Part shown: one piece after another, positions 49,433 through 58,656 of the stretch
Position numbering within the stretch: the stretch's first letter is position 1
How the letters are laid out: each line of letters starts with the position of its first letter
Assembly: GCA_964628285.1 (NCBI GenBank)
Contig: CAZVNP010000008.1
Span: forward strand, 4,611-68,610
Origin: an uncultured Lentimicrobiaceae bacterium
GTDB lineage: Bacteria > Bacteroidota > Bacteroidia > Bacteroidales > JAGONC01
Length of the DNA: 64,000 nt
Reading direction: 5' to 3'
The notes under the pieces: model-generated
The model's database searches: none
Told to the model about the DNA's origin: nothing
Seen by the model: only the letters and a program-made list of their open reading frames with translations
Translations under genes and position numbers: made by a program

Positions 49433-50445
49433 ATCATATCCGTGTTGCAATCAATGGATTTGGCCGTGTCGGTAGAATGACGTTCCGGTCGATGTTGGCA
49501 AAAAAGAGAATAGAAATTGTTGCCATCAATGACCTGACGGATGCGGCCAACCTGGCCCATCTGGTTAAGTACGATTCCGTTCAGGGCGAATTCAAAGGCA
49601 GGATCAAGGCAGAAAACGATTTTCTGGTTGTTAACGGACGCCGTATCAAAGTTCTTTCTGACAGTGATCCTGAGCGTCTGCCCTGGAAAGAATTGAATAT
49701 CGATATTGTTGTTGAATCAACCGGTGAGTTTACAAGTAAAGCAGGCGCCATGAAGCACATCAGGGCTGGTGCCAAAAGGGTGATCATTTCGGCGCCGGCA
49801 CAAAGCCCGGCCGACGATGTCAAGTATCTCGTCCTCGGCATAAATGATCACTTGCTCACCAGCGATGATATCATTATTTCCAATTCATCCTGTACGACAC
49901 ATTGCGTGGCGCCACTTATCCAGATCCTCGATGCGAACTGGGGCTTTGAAAAAGGTTTCATCACAACAGTGCACTCTTACACCCGCGATCAGAACCTTAT
50001 TGACGGGCCTCATACCGACTGGCGCAGAGGCCGCGCTGCCGCCTTCTCCATCATCCCCACCACCACAGGCGCCGCCAAAGCTGCGACAAAGGTGTTCCCT
50101 CACCTCAGGAATAACCTCGGCGGTGCCGGCATTCGCGTGCCCGTTCCAGACGGCTCCCTCACCGACCTGACCTGTACGGTGAGAAAGGAAACCAGCATCG
50201 CTGAAATAAACAAGGCATTTAAAAAAGCTGCCAACGGTTATCTGAAAGGTATCCTGCAGTACACTGAGGATCATATCGTTTCGGCCGATATCATTGGTAA
50301 CACCCATTCGGCAATATTCGACGCCGGTCTGACAGCCGTTCTCGGTGAAAGACATAACCTTGTGAAAGTAGTGGCCTGGTATGATAATGAAACAGGTTAC
50401 GCTGCCCGCATGACCGAATTGATCGAGAAATGGTCGGATTTATAA
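49429..50445 (+). CDS. gap: Type I glyceraldehyde-3-phosphate dehydrogenase
   Basis: INGFGRVGR, the SNSSCTTHC active-site segment, and WYDNETGY. Its ATG overlaps the dsbD stop (ATGA). Confidence 0.93.
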   Translation: MNHIRVAINGFGRVGRMTFRSMLAKKRIEIVAINDLTDAANLAHLVKYDSVQGEFKGRIKAENDFLVVNGRRIKVLSDSDPERLPWKELNIDIVVESTGEFTSKAGAMKHIRAGAKRVIISAPAQSPADDVKYLVLGINDHLLTSDDIIISNSSCTTHCVAPLIQILDANWGFEKGFITTVHSYTRDQNLIDGPHTDWRRGRAAAFSIIPTTTGAAKAATKVFPHLRNNLGGAGIRVPVPDGSLTDLTCTVRKETSIAEINKAFKKAANGYLKGILQYTEDHIVSADIIGNTHSAIFDAGLTAVLGERHNLVKVVAWYDNETGYAARMTELIEKWSDL

Positions 50446-51231
50446 ATCCTGCGTGTAGTATTTTAAAACAACATCGTTGCCGTCAAAAACGGCATATGAG
50501 AAATTAACCAGCCAATCACCCAGAAGAATAAAACGGGTGGTTTCATTTATCTTCACATCCGTAGGTAGATGGCGGTGGCCAAAAATAAAATAATCAATGC
50601 CGGGATGGTCTTCAAGAAGTTTTAAGGCATATTGATACAGCATCTCATGACTGACATCGTCCTTTTTCTCTATTCTTTTTTCTTTGGCAATATGAGCATA
50701 ACGGCTTTTTCTTGAAAAAAACAATCCCAGGCGTGTCCCCACGTCCGGATGAATCCATCGGAAGAGAAACTGATTGGGTTTAAAGGCAAAAACCTTTTTT
50801 AAGACTTTATACCCTGTATCACCGGGACCTAATCCATCGCCATGGGCCAGATAAAAATAACGGTGGTCGAACTGCACGATCTCAGGCTCACGGTGCAGAA
50901 TGAGATGCAGCTCTGTGGAGAGGTAATCAAAAGCCCATACATCATGGTTACCCCTGAAAAGATGAACCGGAATGCCGGTATCGGTAATTTCGGCCAGTTT
51001 GCCTAAAAGCCTCACAAAACCTTTCGGCACCACCGTCCTGTATTCAAACCAGAAATCGAAGATGTCACCCATCAGATATATAGCCGTCGCATCCTGCCGG
51101 ACATCGTCGAGCCACCTCATAAAAAGCTTCTCCCTGACCAGACTGTCCTGATAATCTGGAATGCCCAGGTGGAAGTCGGAGACAAAATAAATTTTCCCCT
51201 TATCAATGGTGTTTTGTTGTATGATATCCAA
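50440..51231 (-). CDS. lpxH: UDP-2,3-diacylglucosamine diphosphatase
   Basis: Calcineurin-like metallophosphoesterase motifs YFVSDFHLG, MGDIFDFW, GNHD and GHRH. Confidence 0.85.
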   Translation of the reverse strand: MDIIQQNTIDKGKIYFVSDFHLGIPDYQDSLVREKLFMRWLDDVRQDATAIYLMGDIFDFWFEYRTVVPKGFVRLLGKLAEITDTGIPVHLFRGNHDVWAFDYLSTELHLILHREPEIVQFDHRYFYLAHGDGLGPGDTGYKVLKKVFAFKPNQFLFRWIHPDVGTRLGLFFSRKSRYAHIAKEKRIEKKDDVSHEMLYQYALKLLEDHPGIDYFIFGHRHLPTDVKINETTRFILLGDWLVNFSYAVFDGNDVVLKYYTQDL

Positions 51232-51242
51232 CAGTAAAATAA

Positions 51243-52469
51243 TTAATGAAACATTTCATTTAGTTTAGTCTCCAGATCTTCATCGCTTATATTAACTGCA
51301 ATGATCTTCCCGGTGCGGTCAAGTAAAAAGGTTTTAGGTACGTCTTCGATATCATAAAGTTTCACAATCGGCGAATTAGGATAATCCAGGTCGCTCACCT
51401 GGATCCATGTGATGTGATCCTTTTTTAAAGCATTGAGCCATGTTTCTTTATTGTTATCAAGGACCACCCCGAAAATCTCAAATCCCTGGCTTTTGAACTT
51501 GTTATAAAGCGTTACCAGAAATTGGTTTTGCTTACGGCATGGTTCGGACCAGGGGGCCCAGAAATCAAGCAGAACAACATGGCCCCGGTAATCTGATAAC
51601 TTGTAAGGTTTCCCCCCGGCATCATTGAGTGTAAAATCAGGAGCTGTCAAACCGGGTTGCAACAACCGGCGTGTCTGTAATCTCTCATTTTCATTTTGCC
51701 GGTATAATGCCATGCGTTGGTGGTAAGTCAAAACTTGTTTATTATTTGGATAATGAACATAAAGGGCGCTGTCAAGGAGAAGGAAAACAGGCAAATGATC
51801 CTTCTCGTTTAGAATTTTCTGAGGACCGAAGTGTTGGTTGATAATGAACAATGAAGCCAGGGAAGCAGGGTTCCGTTGAATGATTCTTATAACGGAATCC
51901 TGTTCCATTTTAAAAAGGGAGTTAAAGGCAAGGTTGAGCGAATCGCGTGTCCTGGCAAAATCAGGGCGATCGCGGCTTTGATCAAACAGCTCGTTCATCC
52001 TGCCGATGACCTCAAGGTTGCGGTTTGTGAAATCATCATATTCCTTCAGTATGTTGGAGTCATCCGATCCATTTATCTTGAGTGATTGCTGGAGATTGGC
52101 CCCGTCGGCATTGAGGTCAATGTGTTTACCTCGTTCCAGAACCAGTGGGATGTAATCACCGGTGATGGTCTGGATAGCATAAAATCCCGGTTCCTCCACC
52201 CTGACTTTAAACATGAATATCCCGTCATCTGATTTCAGCCGGATCGAATCAATGGTTGTTATCTCTTTAGCATCTACCTGTTTTAGATAAACAGTCTGGC
52301 CGGATAATCCGGCGATCTTCCCCCGGATGATGCATTGTGCTTTGTTCGGATGAGCATTCCTGCAACTTTCTGCGATCGATAAAGTCATTATAATAAGAAG
52401 AGACAGAAAAAAAATCCTCCCCCTGCCCTTAAACGATTGGGATATGACCTTTATAAGATATTTATCCAT
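51243..52469 (-). CDS. TlpA-like thioredoxin-fold lipoprotein (DUF4369-type N-domain), with SxxC in place of CxxC
   Basis: Signal peptide and lipobox-like AESC. The C-terminal thioredoxin fold VVLLDFWAPWSEPCRKQ...FEIFGVVLD has Ser (TCC complement at 51546-51548) where the first active-site Cys is expected. Confidence 0.75.
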   Translation of the reverse strand: MDKYLIKVISQSFKGRGRIFFLSLLIIMTLSIAESCRNAHPNKAQCIIRGKIAGLSGQTVYLKQVDAKEITTIDSIRLKSDDGIFMFKVRVEEPGFYAIQTITGDYIPLVLERGKHIDLNADGANLQQSLKINGSDDSNILKEYDDFTNRNLEVIGRMNELFDQSRDRPDFARTRDSLNLAFNSLFKMEQDSVIRIIQRNPASLASLFIINQHFGPQKILNEKDHLPVFLLLDSALYVHYPNNKQVLTYHQRMALYRQNENERLQTRRLLQPGLTAPDFTLNDAGGKPYKLSDYRGHVVLLDFWAPWSEPCRKQNQFLVTLYNKFKSQGFEIFGVVLDNNKETWLNALKKDHITWIQVSDLDYPNSPIVKLYDIEDVPKTFLLDRTGKIIAVNISDEDLETKLNEMFH

Positions 52470-52480
52470 GAGAACAGATA

Positions 52481-52488
52481 CAAAATTA
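52481..52488 (-). promoter_or_regulatory. -7 box (TAATTTTG on the minus strand) upstream of the TlpA-like gene
   Basis: Forward CAAAATTA is the reverse complement of TAnnTTTG, 12 nt upstream of ATG 52469. Confidence 0.4.
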
Positions 52489-52637
52489 AAATTTATTGAT
52501 ACTCAATCATTGGTCCATATATGATTTTGTGTAAGCCTTTTAATTATGACAAGTTACAACTTCCCTAAGTTGAGAATTTTGTTTAGATTTGTTTAAGGTT
52601 TTTTATTTAATCATTTTCAATCCTTTCTGAAACTGAT

Positions 52638-53138
52638 TTGACAATGGATAATCGCTGGTTCTGGATCATTTCCCTGGTGTGTTTATTACACTGTGCCAAC
52701 TTGTTTTCACAGCGGTATCTGATCATTGAACGTCCGGGGACGATTAAAAATTTTAAGTTTCAGGAAGGTGACTTCATGCATATTGAGGTGATATCTAACA
52801 ATGTTTTATATCAGGTAAGGGGAGAATTATCACTCATCACCCAATCGAGTATCATCATCAATGGTTCTGATGAATATAAATTATTCCAGATAAAGGCCAT
52901 TTACCGGGAGAGATTATTGGTTCGAATTGTTCATACCAGTGCGTTAACAGCGGGTTCGGGTTACATTTTCCTTGATTGTTTAAACAGAGGTATCAACAGG
53001 GAGAGCCCTCTTGTGGAGAAAAGTACGGTCGTTATCGGTGGATCCATAATTGCCGGGGGGGTTGCTTTAATGCCTTTCCTGGAACACAAATATAAAATCG
53101 GTAACCGCTGGCGTGTCAAGACCATCATTTTTGATTAA
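52638..53138 (+). CDS. Hypothetical exported/membrane protein
   Basis: N-terminal hydrophobic signal (WFWIISLVCLLHCANLFSQ) and a C-terminal hydrophobic segment (VVIGGSIIAGGVALMPF). No recognised domain. Confidence 0.4.
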   Translation: MTMDNRWFWIISLVCLLHCANLFSQRYLIIERPGTIKNFKFQEGDFMHIEVISNNVLYQVRGELSLITQSSIIINGSDEYKLFQIKAIYRERLLVRIVHTSALTAGSGYIFLDCLNRGINRESPLVEKSTVVIGGSIIAGGVALMPFLEHKYKIGNRWRVKTIIFD

Positions 53139-53956
53139 TGTTTTTTAAAACCTTCGAGAAGTTTTTTGATCAGAAGGGTCATTTTAGGTTCAGCATCACT
53201 TGCGGCTTTCAGAACATTATGATGGGTGACCTCTTTAAGTTTTCCATCTATACATAAATCAGTGATAACCGAAATAGCCAGGCAGGTCATATCCAATTGT
53301 CTGGCAGCAATAATCTCAGGAATAATTGACATGCCCACGGCGTCAGCACCTATTGTTCTGATAAATCTGTATTCGGCCGGTGTTTCAAAACAAGGCCCGC
53401 TTACGGCAGCTAAAATCCCCGTTCTGACCTCAATATCATGACGGTTTGCCACCGTTAGTATTTCTTGAATGATTTCATGGTCATAGAGATTGGCCATATT
53501 TGCCGGTCTGTCATTTACCGTCATCTGATTTTCACCGATAAGGGGATTTGTAGGCATGAGGTTGATGTGATCGGTGACAATCATGATGTCACCTATCCGG
53601 AATGACGGGTTGATACCTCCGCTGGCATTGGAAAGGATCAGAAGTTTGACACCCAGCATTTTCAATACCCTGACCGGAAAGACAACCGACGCCATGCCGT
53701 TACCTTCATAAAAATGTGTCCGCCCTTGTAAGACGATCACTTCGGTGTGTCCCAGGGAACCTGATATCAGTATACCTTCGTGTCCTTCAACGGCAGATAC
53801 CGGAAAATGGGGTATTGACCGGTATGGTATTTTGTTTTGAATGGTTATTTCATGTGTCAATCCCCCCAATCCTGTTCCCAAAATAATCCCGACAGCCGGT
53901 CGGCAACCGACCAGGTCAGCTATAAATGCTACGGTTTTACTTATATCTTCCGACAT
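53135..53956 (-). CDS. punA: Purine nucleoside phosphorylase (trimeric PNP/PunA family)
   Basis: ILGTGLGGL, PVSAVEGHEG, QGRTHFYEG, SNASGGINP and DAVGMS. It is collinear with B. subtilis PupG as I recall that sequence. Confidence 0.88.
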   Translation of the reverse strand: MSEDISKTVAFIADLVGCRPAVGIILGTGLGGLTHEITIQNKIPYRSIPHFPVSAVEGHEGILISGSLGHTEVIVLQGRTHFYEGNGMASVVFPVRVLKMLGVKLLILSNASGGINPSFRIGDIMIVTDHINLMPTNPLIGENQMTVNDRPANMANLYDHEIIQEILTVANRHDIEVRTGILAAVSGPCFETPAEYRFIRTIGADAVGMSIIPEIIAARQLDMTCLAISVITDLCIDGKLKEVTHHNVLKAASDAEPKMTLLIKKLLEGFKKH

Positions 53957-55001
53957 ATTCCATCACCCTCTCGTTAAAAGTAATCCCATGCGATTTATGT
54001 ATTTCCATTTGAATGGGTAAATAATATACAGGTATTCCGGATAAAATCTCAAGCAGTTCCGTTTTTTGCAATCGGATTGAGTCTTTTTCGGTGGTGATGA
54101 CCAGCTTGTTTTTTGAATGGATGTTTTCAAAAACCTCTTTTATTTTATATACATCTTTTGTGGAGTATTTATGATGATCGGCAAATGTTATGGTTACAAG
54201 CTCATTGCATAATTTATTCAGGTGATCGTGGATGGGGTAAGGATTAGCTATTCCTGTTACCAGCAGAACACTGTTAAGTTTCTTTTTTCGAAATTCGGAT
54301 TCATATCTGGCTTTAATTGTCAAAGGCAATAAATTTCCATAGACCAGGTATGAGAAGTAGCAGGATTGATAAGGTTTAGGCTTGATCTCTTCAATGATGT
54401 TTTGTTGGGTAAGGGGGGAGAAAATCCGGTCGGTCTTGGTGACCATCAGGATATCCGCTCTTTTATAACCGATGGTAGGCTCACGTAAGGTTCCAAAAGG
54501 GAAAAGATGATCCCTGGGATAAAGATTATGGAAATCTGTTAACAGTATGGATAATCCCGGTTTCACAGAACGGTATTGGAAAGCATCGTCAAGAAGGATG
54601 ACATCAATTTCGGGAAAGTTTTCTTTGAGGAGATTGATGCCTCTGATGCGGTTAACATCAACCGCTACGGTGATACCGCTGAATTTTCTTTTAATCTGCA
54701 ATGCTTCGTCACCAACACGCTCGGAAGTTGAATTAGCATCGACCAGTAAAAAGCCTCTGGATTTTCTTTTATAGCCTCTGCTTAGTACAGCTACCCTATA
54801 TTTATCTTTTAAAAGCAGGATAAGATATTCGATAAGCGGCGTTTTACCTGCCCCTCCAACAGTTAAGTTGCCCACTGAAATGACCGGAAAACTGAAACTG
54901 TATGAGGGAATGATATGAAGATCAAATAGCTTGTTACGAATTAAAAGGCATAAACCATATAAAACTATAAATGGATAAAATAGAATCCGAAGGATAATCA
55001 C
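53937..55001 (-). CDS. lpxK: Tetraacyldisaccharide 4'-kinase
   Basis: SVGNLTVGGAGKTP P-loop, VLSRGYKRKS, ILLDDAFQ. It overlaps the PNP gene by 20 bp. Confidence 0.88.
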   Translation of the reverse strand: MIILRILFYPFIVLYGLCLLIRNKLFDLHIIPSYSFSFPVISVGNLTVGGAGKTPLIEYLILLLKDKYRVAVLSRGYKRKSRGFLLVDANSTSERVGDEALQIKRKFSGITVAVDVNRIRGINLLKENFPEIDVILLDDAFQYRSVKPGLSILLTDFHNLYPRDHLFPFGTLREPTIGYKRADILMVTKTDRIFSPLTQQNIIEEIKPKPYQSCYFSYLVYGNLLPLTIKARYESEFRKKKLNSVLLVTGIANPYPIHDHLNKLCNELVTITFADHHKYSTKDVYKIKEVFENIHSKNKLVITTEKDSIRLQKTELLEILSGIPVYYLPIQMEIHKSHGITFNERVMEYVGRYK

Positions 55002-55137
55002 TTAAAAATTTTTTATAAAGATAAAAAAATCTATACAAAAACATATTAGGATATCATAAAATTTAGTAAAAGATACTAATTTAGGATAATTATTTCGGTA
55101 CGTTACAATAAATCAATTTGAATTTAAATGAGTTATT

Positions 55138-56235
55138 ATGACAACAGGTGACATTGTTAAAGTTCTTGAGGGATTTGCACCATTGGGGCTTCAAGAAGAT
55201 TATGATAATGCAGGACTTATTCTCGGGAATCGGGATGGTGAAATAGATAAAGCACTTCTTTGCCTGGATGTCACTGAATCGGTTCTGGATGAAGCGATAA
55301 GGAAAGGTTGTGGTCTTATCATTTCACATCACCCTTTATTGTTCAGGGGTATTAAAAAAATCACAGGTGAGAATCCTGTTGAAAGATTATTGCTGAAAGC
55401 CATTAAAAATGATCTTTCCCTGTATGCTGTCCATACAAATATCGATTCAGTCATCCACGGGGTCAATGGCTATCTGGCGAAAATACTGGATTTGAACGAT
55501 ATCGCCATACTATCGCCCAAACATGGCATGCTTAAGAAACTGGTCACTTTTTGTCCGGCCGATAAAGCGGAACAGGTCAGAAAGGCACTTTTTGAGGCCG
55601 GCGGAGGTCATATCGGCAATTATGATAGTTGCAGTTACAACGTCATAGGTCAAGGTTCATTCCGGCCATTGGAAAATGCACATCCTTATGTCGGTGAGAT
55701 TGGAAAGATACATTTTGAAGAGGAAGTAAGAATAGAGACAATCTTTCCCGCTTTTAAAGAGCAAGAAATAGTTAAAGCCCTTCTGGGATCTCATCCCTAT
55801 GAAGAGGTGGCTTATGATATTTACCGTCTTGATAACGAATATAAAAAGGTTGGCAGCGGCATGACTGGTATGCTGTCTTATGAAATGAATGAAAATGATT
55901 TTCTTAATTACATTAAGACGAAAATCAATATCCCATGTATCCGTCATTCCGGATTCACCGGGAGGAAAATAAAAAAAGTAGCTCTTTGCGGTGGTTCCGG
56001 CAAAGAGCTTATTCACGATGCCATAGTCTCAGGATCAGATGCCTTTTTAACTTCTGATATTAAATACCATGATTTTTCTGAACCCGACGGGAAACTCCTT
56101 CTTGCAGACATTGGACATTACGAAAGTGAACAGTTTACAAAAGAATTACTGTATTCAGTACTGAGCGAAAAATTTCCTACTTTTGCATTTCTTGTAACGA
56201 GTGAGAACACTAATTATGTCCACTATTTTTTATAA
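55138..56235 (+). CDS. Nif3-like dinuclear-metal-centre protein (GTP cyclohydrolase 1 type 2 homolog)
   Basis: QEDYDNAGL, IISHHPLLFRG, YAVHTNID, and a C-terminal DIGHYESE. It carries the inserted PII-like domain typical of the long form. Confidence 0.88.
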   Translation: MTTGDIVKVLEGFAPLGLQEDYDNAGLILGNRDGEIDKALLCLDVTESVLDEAIRKGCGLIISHHPLLFRGIKKITGENPVERLLLKAIKNDLSLYAVHTNIDSVIHGVNGYLAKILDLNDIAILSPKHGMLKKLVTFCPADKAEQVRKALFEAGGGHIGNYDSCSYNVIGQGSFRPLENAHPYVGEIGKIHFEEEVRIETIFPAFKEQEIVKALLGSHPYEEVAYDIYRLDNEYKKVGSGMTGMLSYEMNENDFLNYIKTKINIPCIRHSGFTGRKIKKVALCGGSGKELIHDAIVSGSDAFLTSDIKYHDFSEPDGKLLLADIGHYESEQFTKELLYSVLSEKFPTFAFLVTSENTNYVHYFL

Positions 56236-56261
56236 GATCGCTTTCTCATAAATCATGACCT

Positions 56262-57128
56262 ATGGCTAAAAAAACAACAACGAGTTCCAAACGCACCTCT
56301 TCATCAAAACAAAAAGAAAAGGTTGTGCAGGAAATCAAATCAGAAGATGTAAAGCTTGACAATATCAGGGAAGAAACTGAAGAAGCCACTGAAGTCAGTA
56401 TCGAGAAAAGATTAATTTCTTTATATTCTTTGCAGATTATAGATTCCCAAATTGATAAAATACGTATTATCCGGGGTGAACTGCCTCTGGAAGTACAGGA
56501 TCTTGAGGATGAAATCATCGGGCTCGAAACACGTATTGAAAATTTCAAGGAGGAGATCAACTCCCTTGAACAGGCCATTAAGGAAAAAGAGTTGGCTATT
56601 AAAGAATGTGAAACCCTGATAAAGAGATACGAGGAACAGCAGAAAAATGTTCGGAATAACAGGGAATACGATTCTTTATCTAAAGAGATTGAATTTCAAA
56701 CGCTTGAGATTCAACTTGCGGATAAAAGAATAAAGGAATTCAGGACCGAGCTGGAAATTAAAAAGACCGAAATAAGCAATGCCCAGCAGGTTTTGGATGA
56801 AAGAAAAAATGATTTGGAGGTTAAGAAGACAGAACTCGAAGATATCGTGGCCGAGACCGAAAAGGAAGAAAAGGCCTTGCTTGAGCAATCGGTTAAACAC
56901 CAACGTTATATTGAAGACCGCTTGCTGAAAGCTTATAAACGTATACGTAAGAATGCCAGGAATGGATTGGCGGTGGTACAGATTGAAAGAGATGCCTGCG
57001 GAGGGTGTTTTAGCAATATACCACCTCAAAGGCAGCTGGACATCAGGATGCATAAAAAAATTATCGTCTGCGAATATTGCGGAAGGATACTGGTCGACGA
57101 CAGTATTGTCAATGCTGTCAAATCCTGA
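56262..57128 (+). CDS. Coiled-coil/C4 zinc-ribbon protein (COG1579-like), usual partner of Nif3
   Basis: A long heptad-rich E/K/L region, then CGGC...(x17)...CEYCGRIL as a zinc ribbon. The N-terminus has a K/S/T-rich extension. Confidence 0.7.
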   Translation: MAKKTTTSSKRTSSSKQKEKVVQEIKSEDVKLDNIREETEEATEVSIEKRLISLYSLQIIDSQIDKIRIIRGELPLEVQDLEDEIIGLETRIENFKEEINSLEQAIKEKELAIKECETLIKRYEEQQKNVRNNREYDSLSKEIEFQTLEIQLADKRIKEFRTELEIKKTEISNAQQVLDERKNDLEVKKTELEDIVAETEKEEKALLEQSVKHQRYIEDRLLKAYKRIRKNARNGLAVVQIERDACGGCFSNIPPQRQLDIRMHKKIIVCEYCGRILVDDSIVNAVKS

Positions 57129-57136
57129 CCGGCACC

Positions 57137-58609
57137 TTAGTACTTAAATCCGACCGTTACCAGGAAGTTATTGTTTTTTGTGTCAATGGCTGCTGAGGGT
57201 GCAATGACATGTTCCGACTGGTACATGTAATAGTCTTCAGAATAGAAAGTGTAATTGTATCCGAAGTCAAGAGAAAAATGTTGGTTCCGGTATCCTAATC
57301 CGACGGCAATGATATTTTTCTGGGCATCATTAATTCCTTTTTTATAGGGGCTTCCATAGTATGCATAGCCTCCCCTCAGGTTCATCTGACCTATCCGCCA
57401 TTCCGTGCCTATTCTTATGTTGGAAGCGGAGGTGTAATTATTTGTTATAGCCTGGTTTTCACTGAAGAAATCGTAATCCTGGCTGCGTAGCTTGGCTTTG
57501 GTATAGTCGACGTATTCATAGTCGATGCTGATCAGGCCATATTGCTGGAAAATAAAAGCTATACCCCCCATGGCGCGCATAGGGGTTTCGAGTTTATAGT
57601 CGAAATTACCCTGCGGGGAGACCCATGTATAGTTGTTCCCATTATTAAGATTTGAATGCATGTTATTTATCCAGTCGTCGTGCATATTACCGAAATAGGA
57701 TGGGGTATGTACGGCGGCTCCAAAGCGCAGCCAATCAACGGGTCTGTAAATGAGTCCGAATTTGAAGTTGAATCCGCTGCCACGTGTATCCAGAGTCTCC
57801 GTCAACGTGAACGATTTAAATGTGTTGGTATCGGGGGGCTCATTATTTATTTCCTGGTAGTGCGATTCTTCCTGATACCTGATATAGGGAATACCGATTG
57901 TAGCCCCAATGTATAGCTTGTCATCGTAATTGGCGCCGATTGAAAAATCGGCTTCATTCATGTATCCTTCAGTAAGAATGGATTTGCGCTGGTCGACAGG
58001 GGCAATGCTTCCGTCAGGATTGAGTGGTGCCCTGTTGGTATAATCAAGCGTGTTTGGTATCGGATCAATCAGATAGGTTTCGTAAGCCAGCTGGGTATCA
58101 AAGGGATTCAAATTATCAGTGCTGTTGCCATTGGCGTAATCCACATAGGCATCAAGCAGCGAGCTCTGGGGATTTGTACCACCAATGATTGTGCTCCCAT
58201 GGAAGTTGTTATTTCTGACGATGCCAAAACCCACCTGCACATTACGCCAGCCACCCTGTTGATCCTGGCGGGCAACGTTGGCGGAATAGATAATCCCAAC
58301 GGAACTCAGATTGAAATTGTTATTATAGTCGGAATTGGCAGTGCCATAATAATGTGACTGGGTATTGCTGCTGAAAATGGCGGGTGTGATGATGAATTCC
58401 GAACTTTTATATAAGCCAAGCCCTGCCGGATTGGTGCTTAATACCGACAAGTCAGCACCGACTGCACTGAATGCACCGGCTAAACCCATAAACCTTGCTG
58501 TCCCACCTATGGTGAGCTGAGAATAGCGCAGGGCATCCACTTCATTCTGACTCCTCAGGGCCACATTGGCTAAGACAAGAAGGGAGACAATAAGACCAAT
58601 CTTTCTCAT
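57137..58609 (-). CDS. Outer-membrane beta-barrel protein, FadL/TodX-like (putative)
   Basis: Signal peptide, then EVDALRYSQLTIGGTARFMGLAGAFSAVGADLSVLSTNPAGLG, which resembles the N-terminal hatch region of Bacteroidota FadL-family proteins as I recall it. It ends in an aromatic residue (GFKY). Confidence 0.5.
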   Translation of the reverse strand: MRKIGLIVSLLVLANVALRSQNEVDALRYSQLTIGGTARFMGLAGAFSAVGADLSVLSTNPAGLGLYKSSEFIITPAIFSSNTQSHYYGTANSDYNNNFNLSSVGIIYSANVARQDQQGGWRNVQVGFGIVRNNNFHGSTIIGGTNPQSSLLDAYVDYANGNSTDNLNPFDTQLAYETYLIDPIPNTLDYTNRAPLNPDGSIAPVDQRKSILTEGYMNEADFSIGANYDDKLYIGATIGIPYIRYQEESHYQEINNEPPDTNTFKSFTLTETLDTRGSGFNFKFGLIYRPVDWLRFGAAVHTPSYFGNMHDDWINNMHSNLNNGNNYTWVSPQGNFDYKLETPMRAMGGIAFIFQQYGLISIDYEYVDYTKAKLRSQDYDFFSENQAITNNYTSASNIRIGTEWRIGQMNLRGGYAYYGSPYKKGINDAQKNIIAVGLGYRNQHFSLDFGYNYTFYSEDYYMYQSEHVIAPSAAIDTKNNNFLVTVGFKY

Positions 58610-58656
58610 TTTTATCTGAATTTAAAAGAGTGACGAAAAGCGAAAAACATTAATTA

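Noticed and set aside
55045-55088. A direct repeat of TTAGGATA (55046-55053 and 55081-55088) in the lpxK/nif3 divergent spacer, as a possible operator.
   Set aside because: An 8-mer repeated once in a very AT-rich spacer is within chance expectation, and no dyad symmetry or further copies were seen.
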